A stretch of 64,000 nucleotides of DNA from Octopus sinensis (taxonomy: Eukaryota): assembly GCF_006345805.1 (NCBI RefSeq), contig NC_043018.1, positions 2,418,001-2,482,000 on the forward strand, in the 5' to 3' direction. Below are positions 24,161 through 37,659 of this stretch, in pieces (position 1 is the stretch's first letter; every line of letters starts with the position of its first letter). The translations under genes were made by a program, and so were the position numbers. The notes below the pieces were generated by a model, which made no database searches, was not told the DNA's origin, and saw only the letters and a list, made by a program, of their open reading frames with translations.

Positions 24161-24497
24161 TATAAAATACACAAACGATGCGCATTGTGCTACACGGATG
24201 TCTTAAGGGCTGAACAGAAAGAATACAAGGAGAAAAGTTAAACGAAAACAAAATGGACGGGGAATTATATATACTTGTGTGTGTGAGTATGTGCGTATGT
24301 GTGTGTATTTTTGTGTCTGTGTTTGTCCACCCCCGTCACCACTTGACAAGTAGTATTAGTATGTTTTCGTCCCTGTGACTTAGCAGTTCGTCAAAAGCGA
24401 CTGATAGAATAATTACTAGTCTTAAAAGATAAGTCCTTCAAGGTGGGACACCAGAACGGTCACAGACATATGACTGATACAAGTAAAAGAATAAAAG
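23944..24497 (+). mobile_element. Family A SINE with ~120 bp of foreign sequence inserted in its internal (TA)n
   Basis: Head at 23944, (TA)n at ~24113-24156, unrelated segment ~24157-24275, then the 3' half ending aagtaaaagaataaaaga. Confidence 0.85.
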
Positions 24498-24584
24498 AAG
24501 ATAATTTTTTCCACATTTTGAGTGCATTGTTTACACACACACACACACACACACACAAACATACACCTACCACCACCATTTCAA

Positions 24585-24812
24585 TTTCTTTACTACCCAC
24601 AAGGGGCTAAACACAGAGAGGACAAACAAGGACAGACAAACGGATTAAGTCAATTATATCAACCCTAGTGTGTAACTGGTACTTATTTAATCGACCCCGA
24701 ACGGATGAAAGGCAAAGTCGACCTCGGCGGAATTTGAACCCAGAACGTAACGGCAGACGAAATACGGCTACGCATTTCGCCCGGCGTGCTAACGTTTCTG
24801 CCAGATCGCCAC
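24585..24812 (-). mobile_element. Young full-length family B SINE
   Basis: Nearly identical to 18922-19157. Confidence 0.9.
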
Positions 24813-24838
24813 CACCACCACATATATATGTAGGCATA

Positions 24839-25353
24839 TCTATATATATAAAACTGTAGTTGTGTGAGTGTCTGTCCCCTTCGATTTAGATTCCTAACTA
24901 CTCCCACATTTTGCGGTGCAGTTTAACCAAATTCGGGTATCTTATAGTCGTGATTCATATCGAGGCCGTCTGGCTATTAGCGCGCGTCTACAATGAGTCT
25001 ACGATTTTAAAAATAATTTAACATCATTTTTTATTCCATTTTAATGCATAATTTTTCGTGTGCCGATGGCGGCGGAGTTGGCGTCCATGGTCACACCTGC
25101 ACCTGTGTTTGCTTCTCCCCCTTCTTCCCTCCCTCGTGAAGCTGTGGGGAAGGGAGTGTAAGGAAATCAACGTCGTAATGCGTTGTCAAGGAGACCAGCG
25201 TTCTTTTAGAACAACGACTTCATGGCTTGAAGACACCAAAACAGAAATGGCTAAGAAAGCCCGAATTGGCATCTATAAGGGAAGTAACTCTCTAAAAATG
25301 TTTATATAGTTATTTCCCTTACAAACCCAAGCAACGCCGGGCGATACTGCTAG
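24839..25353 (+). mobile_element. Non-autonomous Helitron (copy 2), complete
   Basis: A|TCTATATATATAAAACTG 5' end and GCAACGCCGGGCGATACTG-CTAG|T 3' end; inserted in AT with no TSD. Confidence 0.88.
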
Positions 25354-25729
25354 TACATTTATAAGCGTTGACTCCATTTCGAAATATCAAATCGCTTTAA
25401 ATGTTGACCTCATTCTCTACAAATCCTACAATTTTAATATTTTTTTCTCATTCTAATTCTCCACTTGTGCGCAACGCTCTCAATTTCTCACCGACCAGAA
25501 TCGTTTGTATATCGACGTCGCTCGTTGTTTATTTTTATCTCTCGCATCTCCAATAGAATTAATAACGTTGCAGCACTCTTTCACATTTCCCTTATTGCTG
25601 GAGTAATTATTCTCTTCCCGCTTTTAACCTACGGCAATTTCTGATCTTCATAATGTTTATATATATATACAGATTATATATAATATATATTATATGTATA
25701 TATATATGTATATATACTATAATATAAAC

Positions 25730-25769
<40 letters not shown>

Positions 25770-25904
25770 GTACATATATATGTATATACATGTATATGTT
25801 ATATATATGTGTGTGTGTATATGTTTATGTTTTTATCTATATATAGGTATATGTAATTATACATCTATATATATATATGCATATATGTATATATAGTTAT
25901 ATGA

Positions 25905-25946
<42 letters not shown>

Positions 25947-26010
25947 ATTGTATGTATATATTTTATTAATTTGCATTTATGTATATGTATATGTGTGTGT
26001 GTGTGTGATA

Positions 26011-26077
<67 letters not shown>

Positions 26078-26199
26078 GGGCAGAAAGTATACACTGATAT
26101 CTTAGGAACCGCTATTGAGTACTACAATCACGTTTTCGATCTGTACCATTTGGTATGAATAAACAAACGCAGATAAACATAGCAAGAACTGCACGAACA

Positions 26200-26210
26200 C
26201 GCATATATGT

Positions 26211-26252
<42 letters not shown>

Positions 26253-26673
26253 GTGTACGTGTGTTTATTTAACATGTCTATGCTCGTATAATTAGGATGT
26301 TAGTTTATTACATATCATTACATACATTATGTTTTATCTGGGTTTAATTATGATAATTTTTGCCGATATCTTTTTATATTTCTTTATTTATAACAACGTG
26401 ACGACGCTCCATAACTTCTTGGAGATTTTATGGAACTTCTTTAAACAGTTTCTTAGTAGTGACATATATTTGTCGCGTTGTGTTTTAAGCATCAAGCGAT
26501 CGTGTAAATCCTGTTACTAATGCTAGAACCATCATTATCGGATTAATATTTCTTCACTTGTAACTAACTGATAATTTTCATATTGATGTATGTAAGATTT
26601 AAACGTCTGTGTACTTGGTGTCTGTCTAAGTATGTGTGTGTGTTTGAGTGTGTGTGTGTGTGTGTGTGTGTGT

Positions 26674-26706
<33 letters not shown>

Positions 26707-27125
26707 GTGTACGTGTGTTTATTTAACATGTCTATGCTCGTATAATTAGGATGTTAGTTTATTACATATCATTACATACATTATGTTTTATCTGGGTTAA
26801 TTATGATAATTTTTGCCGATATCTTTTTATATTTCTTTATTTATAACAACGTGACGACGCTCCATAACTTCTTGGAGATTTTATGGAACTTCTTAAACAG
26901 TTTCTTAGTAGTGACATATATTTGTCGCGTTGTGTTTTAAGCATCAAGCGATCGTGTAAATCCTGTTACTAATGCTAGAACCATCATTATCGGATTAATA
27001 TTTCTTCACTTGTAACTAACTGATAATTTTCATATTGATGTATGTAAGATTTAAACGTCTGTGTACTTGGTGTCTGTCTAAGTATGTGTGTGTGTTTGAG
27101 TGTGTGTGTGTGTGTGTGTGTGTGT

Positions 27126-27158
<33 letters not shown>

Positions 27159-27550
27159 GTGTACGTGTGTTTATTTAACATGTCTATGCTCGTATAATTA
27201 GGATGTTAGTTTATTACATATCATTACATACATTATGTTTTATCTGGGTTAATTATGATAATTTTTGCCGATATCTTTTTATATTTCTTTATTTATAACA
27301 ACGTGACGACGCTCCATAACTTCTTGGAGATTTTATGGAACTTCTTAAACAGTTTCTTAGTAGTGACATATATTTGTCGCGTTGTGTTTTAAGCATCAAG
27401 CGATCGTGTAAATCCTGTTACTAATGCTAGAACCATCATTATCGGATTAATATTTCTTCACTTGTAACTAACTGATAATTTTCATATTGATGTATGTAAG
27501 ATTTAAACGTCTGTGTACTTGTGTGTCTGTCTAAGTATGTGTGTGTGTTT

Positions 27551-27595
<45 letters not shown>
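26200..27595. repeat. Three near-identical tandem copies of a 452-bp unit bounded by (GT)n tracts
   Basis: The same minus-strand ORF end recurs at 26535, 26987 and 27439 (period 452); sequence directly alignable. Confidence 0.95.
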
Positions 27596-27597
<2 letters not shown>

Positions 27598-28370
27598 TGT
27601 GTGTCTGTGTTTGTGTATGTGCGTGGTAGGTACACAGACGGAGGCAAAATCTACTAAGTTATGCTGAATGCACAGCGGTATGGAATGTAATTTCATGTTT
27701 AGAATTATTTAGAATTCTTTTGAAATCCTTTTGTGTTATGTTATATTACATAATCCCGCTGCGCCGGTGACGCTCAACATATTGCAACGGATAATTGATA
27801 TTGTGTATCTACACATTGCAGATAGTCTTACCAGAGGCATGTGATCTTTCTTGTATTGATATGGAATCGTAACAATTAGACAAAATTCCCAAATCTTTAA
27901 ATATCAAAGACTCCCACCTGATGCCTTATAGTGTGAACTGAAATTTCTTAAAATTAAAACTATTACTTCTATATACGAAATACTTATTCATGAGAATTAC
28001 AACACTGTTCTGGTAATAGTAGAACAACACAATTTCATCAGTATTCCCACTAATATTTTGCGTAAATATTTTATTTAATTCAACTGATATCCGAGCGTAA
28101 ATTCGTGTTTAAAATGCATCAGTTAAAGACTGTATTTGTAGCTTTGGTTTTTAATTTTTGCAAATATATTTTAGTGTAACTAAAATACCCTTAAATTAGA
28201 ATTATTTTCCGTGATAACACTTGTAATGTGTCTCTGAGTCCTTATATGCAGCAGACTGAATCATGTTATTGCTATTTCCTCACTGAGGAGAAATGACGTT
28301 CATTCATTCACGATAGGGCGGCAATTAACCGAGACCGTGGAAATGAAGACTTGGGAAAAATTATAAGATA

Positions 28371-28769
28371 CTAGCAGTATCGCCCGGCGTTGCTCGGGTT
28401 TGTAAGGGAAATAACTATATAAGCATTTTTAGAGAGTTATAGCCAAAAAATATTTTTTAAAATGCATTAAAAATGGAAAAAAAAATATGGTAAATTTTTT
28501 AAAAAATCGTTGACTCATCGTAGACATTTTTAGAGAGTTACTTCCCTTATATAATAGCGAAAAAAATGCATTAAAATGGAAAAAAAGATGGTAAATTATT
28601 TTTAAAATCGTAGACTCATCGTAGACGCGCACTAATACCCAGAAGGGCTCGATATGAATCACGACTATAAGATAACCGCTTTTGGTTACACTGCACCGCA
28701 AAATGTGGGAGTAGTTAGGAATCTAAATCGTAGGAGACAGACACACAACTTGACTTTTATATATAAAGA
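28371..28769 (-). mobile_element. Non-autonomous Helitron (copy 3), complete
   Basis: Minus strand: A|TCTTTATATATAAAAGTC ... CGAGCAACGCCGGGCGATACTG-CTAG|T. The 5' ~180 bp are homologous to copy 2. Confidence 0.88.
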
Positions 28770-28849
28770 TATGAAGAAACAAGGAAAGTAGACGAAGTCG
28801 TGTTACGTCGACTGAAAACGGAAGACAGTAAATTATGTGTTTTTGACCC

Positions 28850-29170
28850 CACGAATTATTCTTTGTAAGCCTGGTACTTATTCTATCGGTCTCTTTTGCC
28901 GAACCGCTAAGTTATGTGGACGTAAAAACACGAACATCGGTTGTCAAGCGATGGTGGGGGAACAAACACAGACACAGATACACGTGCGCATGCACACACA
29001 TACCTGTGTATACAACGGGCTTCTTTCAGTTTCCGTCTACCGAATCCACTCACAAGGCTTTGGTAGGCCCGAGGTAGAAGACACTTGCCCAAGCTGTCAC
29101 TCGGTGGGACTGAACCCAGAATCATGTCGCTGGTAAGCAAACTACTTACCAAAGAGCCACTCCTGCACTT
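28850..29170 (-). mobile_element. Family A SINE, 3'-truncated
   Basis: Reverse complement of the 14211 copy from the head to aagtaccaggcttacaaagaat. Confidence 0.88.
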
Positions 29171-31849
29171 ATAGCTACTCCTTCGCCTATATTTCTCTGT
29201 ATGTATGTGTGTGTATATCTTTGAAACAAAGTGGAGCCAAGAGATGTAACACAGAGAAGCAAGTGTCATGATTTGAACAATAAAGACGAATAACGGAATA
29301 GTAGACAACATACAAGAAGATTCCTAAACTCATATGGCTTATTTCCGCTTACAAATAAGGTACATAAATTGCTCTGCGAAAATTGTCACAAACTCTAAGT
29401 AAAAAGGGAGATAATCTCAAGAAACAAGAACTCCATAATTCGGGTTACAATGAAGAGCAACCATGGTTCCGCGTTCCTGCTTTAATAGGAGTTATATAAA
29501 TATACATGGATTAAACGGCAATTCGTTCATATTTGACTGACCCTCTCTCTTTCTACACGCAAGCACACGTCTACACAGAGCGAAACACATATAGGCATAT
29601 GCTTGGCCGTGAGACCAAGGGTGACCAAGAGCTGAATATAAAATTCAATACTTCAAAAGCCGTTTCTTTGATATCAATTTATCTATGGATATTGTTAATC
29701 GAACGTATTTCTTTCTCTATAGATATCGTCTAAATTTAATAAGATACGTTCTCATGAAAGAAACTGAAGCACATTTCTGAACTTTCCTATCGATATCTAT
29801 TAATACAAACGCACACACACACGTCCATATACATACATACACACACACACACAAACATATATATGAATGTATGTATATGTGTGCATATATATATATATAC
29901 ATACATATATGTGTGTGTGTATGTGTGTGTGTGCGTATTTATGTACGTAGATAGATAGACCCATATATTTATGCATATATAAGGAACTAATTGTATATAT
30001 CTATATCTACGTGTGTGTGTACGTATATATTATGTACATACGCAGTCTTTGATAATATTATGAATGGTGTCTGAATCATGATATCAATAGAGAGAAAGAT
30101 AGTGAGAAAGAGAAAGGAAGTGACACACAACCGGAGTGAGGGGTCGAGGGAGAGTAGTTGAAGGGTATCTAATGATAACTCTATGCATACTAAAATTTCG
30201 TATGCTTACTTCTAGAAACATTATGTTTTTTAATTTCCATCTGGACTATAAATAGACTGTTTATAAAAACGATATGACCGACCTCAGGCACCAACCAGCT
30301 CTACCAAAACTTCTGACATGAATAAGAAAATCGCTTTTCGTATCTTATTCTTTTCTTTTTTTTGTACCGTATAAGGCGGAAAATTTTTAATTTCCCAGGA
30401 CGACAAAACAAAGGTGAGAATATACAATGTATTTTGTTGGAAAACTGACAGGAAATATTGAGACTCTTTTCGTTTTGTTTTGTGCATTGAAAATGTTTGT
30501 GTCTTTGTATATAAAATGCGGGAACCAGTCCTGATTTTATTAGACTTGAAGCTCCAAAATACTGGCAAGGCACAATATGTGTACAAATGGTCCTAATACC
30601 ATGAAACGGGATTCTTAAGTATGCTTAGGTATGGATTATTTAATTATGAGATAATCAACCTGTGTAAATAATTAATTTAATTAAACTTTAAGCTCCAGTA
30701 ATGAATTACATTGACTATTACTCCTTAGACACAAGTGATACGAAAACTCAAGAAAAACAAATTAAGAAGTTTTAATTAGACACGTAATTAGGAATTAATT
30801 AGACTTTCTGTTCGAGCGTCAATTACTTCGCAGAAATGTTCACTAAAGCCAACTGAATCTTTTCATGTCACTTAAGAACCATTTTAGGTATGGATTTCTA
30901 ATTTAAGAAGTATTTTCTACTAATCGCTGTACACTAATTAAGAAGAAACAATCAGAAACACTGTTTCCAAGCTAAATGATGAATGCAACATAGAAACATG
31001 TCTTAGACCCAGTTGACCCAGTTGACAGGGAAGAAACATGTCTTAGACCCAGTTGACCCAGTTGACAGGGAAGGAAGAAACATCCCAGGTATTAGAAGAC
31101 AATAAGAAATCGTTAATTAGATCGTTAATTAGGTCTTATTTAGACTTTCTGCTCCGATGTAAATTCTTTCACAAAAATATTCGGTTCGTCAAACTGAATA
31201 TAATCATAGTATGTAAGAATGATAGGTATGGTTCCCTAATTTAAGAAGCATTTTGACTAATTAAGATATCCTTCTCTAATGAATATGGAAAAAAACACTT
31301 TTAACTGGAAAAATGTTGATTTTCCATTGTATGGCATCGGAATCCTTCCTCCATTACTGATGCTGACTTCTGTCAACAAATAATGCATGCAGCTTTCGTT
31401 CATTCGAATAAAATTAATTTTTAAAGCAGTAATGTTTCTTTTAAAGGAGACTTGTCCCACACAAACTTCACAAAATGAAAACTGTTACAAACAAAAAATG
31501 GATTAAAACTACAACAAAGGGCAACTTGCATCTTGGACAAAAATGTCACATAAATGCAAAATGGCTGTTAGAAACCAACGACGAATTGAAGCGTTTACGT
31601 AGAATGTGGCAGCTTTGGCCTGTTGGCAAAACCGCGGCCTACAAAGCAAGATTGGATTGATAGTATAATAGTGAGCATCGCAACCCCCTTACTCGCATTG
31701 TTTGAATTAACAAAGTTTTATATAATGATCAAACGCTAGATATTCAAATTCTCGTACTGCCTCTAAACGACACATACGCCATGATATTTTTAATCTATCA
31801 ATACGTCTACACCAAAGAGTAGAGGTGTTGGTACACAACGCCCAGACGA

Positions 31850-32470
31850 CTGCAGGGTGTATTCTATTCTGTATCGGAGTCTGACTGCTCGTCACCAGAG
31901 GATACGGTCAACATGGTATCATCCTCGTCATCACTGAACTCGTCAAAAGGCAATGATGCTGGTCTCTCCTCTGTCAGACTGGCAGGTAGTTGCTCGCCTT
32001 CGAACCAGATGATCGTGTATTCGTTTTCGATCAGTTCCAATCCGTACTCTGGTTGTTGTTCAATTTCATACTGCGTCCTCTTCGACTGCAGCAGGATAGA
32101 CTACCTCAACTAACTTCGTACTCTTGGGCGATTGTACTTTGATATTGTCTTTGAATTTTCGCACCATCCATTTACTCAAATACTGAGCTTTTGAACACGA
32201 AACAGCCCGGCATCCAGGCAATATTCGACATGCCGTGTGTAAGGGAATGTCAGCAATTCCGGTCGTTTCTGATTCAGTACGCATTCCCTTATGAAGTCAG
32301 AAAGTAATTCCATCGCTTGTCCTTTCGGTTCACTCGTTTTGTCATCTCTTTCCTTAAAACTCCGTACGCGCTTGGAGAAAATATTCTTACAGCTTTCATG
32401 GTACTTTACTTCTTCAGCAATCATGTCTATTCCAGCGAATTTTCGGAGCACAGTGTCATCATCCTTTCTA
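31850..32470 (-). mobile_element. Internally deleted remnant of an uncharacterised invertebrate DNA-transposase-like gene
   Basis: ORF 32176-32535 contains DMIAEEVKYHESC, like the 'DL.A.E..YH..C' motif I recall from CXC-domain transposon-like proteins. A downstream frame gives WELIENEYTIIWFEGEQLP plus an acidic tail (DEFSDDEDD..SDSDTE*). Family assignment is from memory. Confidence 0.55.
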
Positions 32471-32640
32471 CTATAGACACAAGACCTGAAATTTTGGGGG
32501 CGGGGTAATATCGCGCACATATGTTTGAGATGCATGTGCCTAGTGTACTTTTATTAGAAGGGCAGTTATGACGGGTATACTGGTCTTCGTGTATTTTACT
32601 CCAGTGTCACTTTGATGGCACCCACTACTCTTTCACTCAA

Positions 32641-32671
32641 TAATAATAATAATAATAATAATATAATAATG

Positions 32672-32723
<52 letters not shown>

Positions 32724-32936
32724 TAATAATAGTAATAATAATAATAATAATGATAATAATAATAATAATTTTAAAAAAATTATGTATTAGACATTCACTA
32801 GTACAACACCAAAAAAACCCCCCAAATATATGGCACACTAGGCATAACAACAACGTGAACTTCCAACCTGTTGTCTCTTGAGGTCTCTGGGTGAGACTTG
32901 GAGCCAACTTGTACAGACATAAAGCAAAAGTCAAAC

Positions 32937-33018
<82 letters not shown>

Positions 33019-33040
33019 AACAACAACAACAATAATAATC
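32641..33040 (+). mobile_element. Dong/R4-type LINE 3' end flanked by (AAT)n on both sides
   Basis: gaacttccaacctgttgtctcttgaggtctctgggtgagacttggagccaacttgtaca..aaagcaaaagtcaaacat followed by (AAT)n; a second (AAT)n tract precedes it. Confidence 0.6.
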
Positions 33041-33798
33041 ATTTATACTATAGGCACAAGGCTTGATATTTTGGGGGAGTGGTAATGTCGAATGCATTGA
33101 TTCCAATACATACTCATAGCCCAGTCAGTCTAGTCAGATTAGGAAATCACCAGTAGTTTTGAAACATGCAGATAATAGAATGTATAGGAGTATACATTAT
33201 ATCTAGGATGATATTTACTACTCATCTTTTCAAATATTGAGTTCGATTAAACGCAATGAATTCATTATAAAAACAAAAAACATTATTGTCTTCATCGATA
33301 TTTTCAATCACTCTTTTTAACGAGGATAATATTCTTGGCGGTCTGTGTATATTCATGAGATACTTAGGGGAAAATGATAGAAACACTGACAGACAAGTAA
33401 AACATCTAACAGATTGAAATATATTTTCAGTAGCAAACAGAATGGGTTTTCGGCGTTATTGAAAGTTGCAAAATTTACTAAAATTTAAAGCCTGATGTTC
33501 GTCTATAAGTGGATATCGGCTCAAAACAGAGATGCAACAATTTTATTTCCAAGACTGCTCAGTCGGAGCAGATTTGGAGACTAAATAACAAGAACAACTC
33601 CAGCGCCGACCTTTTCAGAAACTTCAAATAAGGAAGGTCTCCTTTCATTTATGAGGGTTAAAGTGTTTCAAGAAGATAATATTTAATGAATAGAGGATAT
33701 TGCTTGCGATTATTCCCCATCAGAATTTAAACTGGTAAAAGTAGCATCTAATTATGGTAGACGTAACCTATTAAATTACATACAAACTGCATTTCTAT

Positions 33799-34222
33799 AC
33801 TCTTTTACTCTTTTACTCTTTTACTTGTTTCAGTCACTTGACTGCGGCCATGCTGGATCACCGCCTTTAATCGAGCAACTCGACCCCGGGACTTGTTCTT
33901 TTTAAGCCCAGTACTTATTCTATCGGTCACTTTTGTCGAACCGCTAAGTGACGGGGACATAAACACACCAGCATCGGTTGTCAAGCGATGCTAGGGGGAC
34001 AAACTCAGACACACGCACACACACACGCACACACACACACATAAATATATACATATATACGAGGGGCTTCTTTCAGTTTCCGTCTACCAAATCCACTCAC
34101 AAGGCTTTGGTCGGCCCGAGGCTATAGTAGAAGACACTTGCCCAAGCTGCCACGCAGTGGGACTAAACCCGCAACCATGTGGTTGGTTAGCAAGCTACTT
34201 ACCACATAGCCACTCCTGCGCC
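33799..34222 (-). mobile_element. Family A SINE, full length, young
   Basis: Reverse complement of the 14211 copy with a (TACTCTTT)3 tail. Confidence 0.92.
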
Positions 34223-35458
34223 TATATATATATATATATATATTTCTCCATATATATATATATATATTTCTCCATATATATATTTTCCAAATATATTAGT
34301 GGCTGTTAAATCTGGTTGAAATTGAAACCCTCACCATCAGTTTTAGATCTTCCAAATATGATGGGAAAAAGCTTTGAGTAATGCCTATTAGTCTAATCAT
34401 AATACGAAATTTAAAACAAAAAAAACGGTTGAGACTGATTCCTTCTTCGGGAGGGTTAGATCTCGTGAATATGATGTGCACAATTTCAGGGTTAAAAGCT
34501 CTAAATCAAATTTATTCACAACACCATTATACCAAAACATGGCACCGGGTCAGTGTCACACGATGCTTCGCTTTTGTCATAGTTCTACTGTCTCAATGCA
34601 TCAGACAAATATACATTAGATAGAAACTATCCATTATCAAATTCCTAAATCTTTTTTATGTTCTGTATGGAGAGATATTGAGTACAGTGGAAATCAGTGA
34701 AACTTCAGTGAAAAATGCTTTAAGCAGAATACTTCATTTCCGTTATTTGTGATAATGCGTCGACTGAACTAAATGTTTTTTATCTCACTGGCAATTGCCA
34801 CTTGCCGCATAGAGATAACTCAATTACAATACATGTCGCTTACAATAGAGAGTAGCACAAATTGGGTGAATAAGGAAAATAACGTTAAATCTATAGAGCG
34901 TTGATTGTTGTCGAACTTGTATAAGTAGAACAGAAGAGTGGGCAATTTTTTGAAGTAGACAAAGCTTTATCGATTGAATGACAAATTTATGAATAGCGGT
35001 TGACATATGTAGCACTACTAGGGGAAGTGGTATCGGTTCAAACGGGAGTGAAAGCAAGAGGAAAATAAAATTGTGTGGTAAGAGAAAGTGGGTATTTTAT
35101 CATTAAGTTCGGAATGGTTGCAATGTTTAGATATTATAATACAGTCGTCCCTTGGGGAAAGCCGTTCATCAAAAATACTGGGGAGCGAAGCAAAGAAAAA
35201 GAAATTAAAGATATTGTTTTCTAGAAAACATAGATTTGTATTGATTTCATCTTGTTGTTGACGAGTCATTCACGCGCGCACGCGCACACCCGCAGATGTA
35301 TACAGAATATATTGCTATACAGTACGCAGCGCAGTCGATATGTACGTACGCACACACATATATAATAAAAAAATACACACAAAAATAAGTATGTTTATAC
35401 GTGTATATATATATATATATCATTCACATATGTATTTGGGACTATATATTTATATAAG

Positions 35459-35529
<71 letters not shown>

Positions 35530-35546
35530 ATATACATATATATACG

Positions 35547-35581
<35 letters not shown>

Positions 35582-36349
35582 ATAAATATATATCAGTGTA
35601 TATCCATATATATATATATATATATGTACCCACTTATATACATTTCAGCCTGCATTTGCACGTGACTGTGTGCGCGGAGGAATTGCGTATGTGTATCCGT
35701 GCACGAATGCATTTGTGCGCGGGTCTATGGCCGTGTTTGTTTGTGAGCACGTGCGTGTGTTTATTTGTGGATGTGTGTTTGTGTGCGTGAAGTTTCATGC
35801 GATGTCCCTTAGCTCTTTCGGTCCCTGAAATTGTGTTGTTTCACTATAAAGACCATCCAACCGTTTTTATAAATATTGCTTTTAACGTTTTCTAATCTGA
35901 AAATACTTTGATTTGTTTTTGCATTGCAATACTGTAGTTACAAAGGTCTTTTTATTGCATTTGTCCTGCTATAAACATCTATCCAATGCTGTTCTTATAA
36001 ATTCCTATTAATATAATGCAACTCTATCCTTCGCTGTTGGTATAGACCGTCAGTTAGTTAATGTAAGAATGCAGCAGATGTAAGTCTGGGTTGCATTAGC
36101 ACCGCTACCAATCATTATTCGTGGATCGAAGTGGTGAACCACTAATACCATGGTGCGACCAGGCATATCTTGACCAGGTCAAAATCTTCATTGAAATAGT
36201 GATGTTGTTTGGTGCTAAACTAAGTTTGATGTTCTTGGGATTGCAAATGTTTCGCAATAAATCAGAATTGGAATGGTGCCTTTCGCCATTGCAAAAATGA
36301 AGTACTATTCTAGTAATACGGCTACGAGCCCACTACGACGATAGCATAT

Positions 36350-36565
36350 TTATTTCTTTATTGCCCACAGGGCAAACAAGGCCAGACAAAGGGATTAAGT
36401 CTATTACATCACCCCCAGTGCGTAACTGGTAACTATTTAATCGTCACCAAAAGGATGAAAGACAAAGTCGGCCTCGGTGGAATTCGAACAAAGAACATAA
36501 CGACAGAGAAATACCTCTAAGCATTTCGCCCGACGTGCTAACAAATCTACCAGCTCGCCGCCTAC
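36350..36565 (-). mobile_element. Family B SINE
   Basis: ccagtgcgtaactggtaactatttaatcgtc.ccaaaaggatgaaagacaaagtcggcctcggtggaattcgaac..ccagctcgccgcc. Confidence 0.85.
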
Positions 36566-36585
36566 AATATTGATGTGTGTGTGTG

Positions 36586-36644
<59 letters not shown>

Positions 36645-36711
36645 ATATATATATATATATATATGTACATATACATACATATATTATATATATGTATATA
36701 TATAATATATG

Positions 36712-36798
<87 letters not shown>

Positions 36799-37336
36799 CC
36801 ACAGTTTACACGGGTAGAGTAGAATAGTTAGTGGACTAGCTTTTTTTTAATCATTATTATTTTTTTGTTTTTGTTATTTTGTTATTTTTAATTTTTTTTT
36901 TTCTATAAATTTTATTTTTTATATGTAAGCATTTAGATATGTAAATAAACAGATCAATATACAGACGGATAGGTATATAGACTATATGAACAGACACATA
37001 TGGAGACACGGATCCACGCATATAAAGATGCACATCCATACATACAAACATGGTACATGGTTACATAACACGCACACACACACACACCACACACAGATAT
37101 GCACACACAGGGAGACAGAGGTGCATACATATACAAACACATGCTCACACACACATACATAGAAAATACACAAACACGGACATGCAAGCACATGAATATG
37201 CACGTTACGTACATACAGATGCACACACGCAACGAAAATTTTAGAAAATAAAAATAAGAAATGAATGGAAATTTTACCGATGAGTGTGTTAAATAATAAG
37301 GCACTAAAAGAGAATAACTCTCCCCAGACACAGCAG

Positions 37337-37360
<24 letters not shown>

Positions 37361-37367
<7 letters not shown>

Positions 37368-37572
37368 TTAGAGATAAAACCACTATTAGGCAAATCATAC
37401 AATGAAAAACTTAAGCCAATACATAAGATTATTTAATTTAGTGTTATATTAATTATATTTTTTTAATAATTTTGTTATATATTTAAATAATATAAATTAA
37501 ATAATCTTATGTATTGGCTTAAGTTTTTCATTGTATGATTTGCCTAATAGCGGTTTTATCTTTAATTTAATA
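37361..37572. repeat. Fold-back element: 80-bp inverted arms (78/80 identical) around a 52-bp AT-rich spacer, in (TA)n
   Basis: Left arm 37361-37440, right arm 37493-37572; checked by reverse complementing. Confidence 0.92.
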
Positions 37573-37659
37573 TAATATAATATTTTACTATAAAATTGGA
37601 TTCAGTCCTAAATCTGATTTTTCCCAGTAAGTTTGGATTTATTCCCTAATATTTATTAT

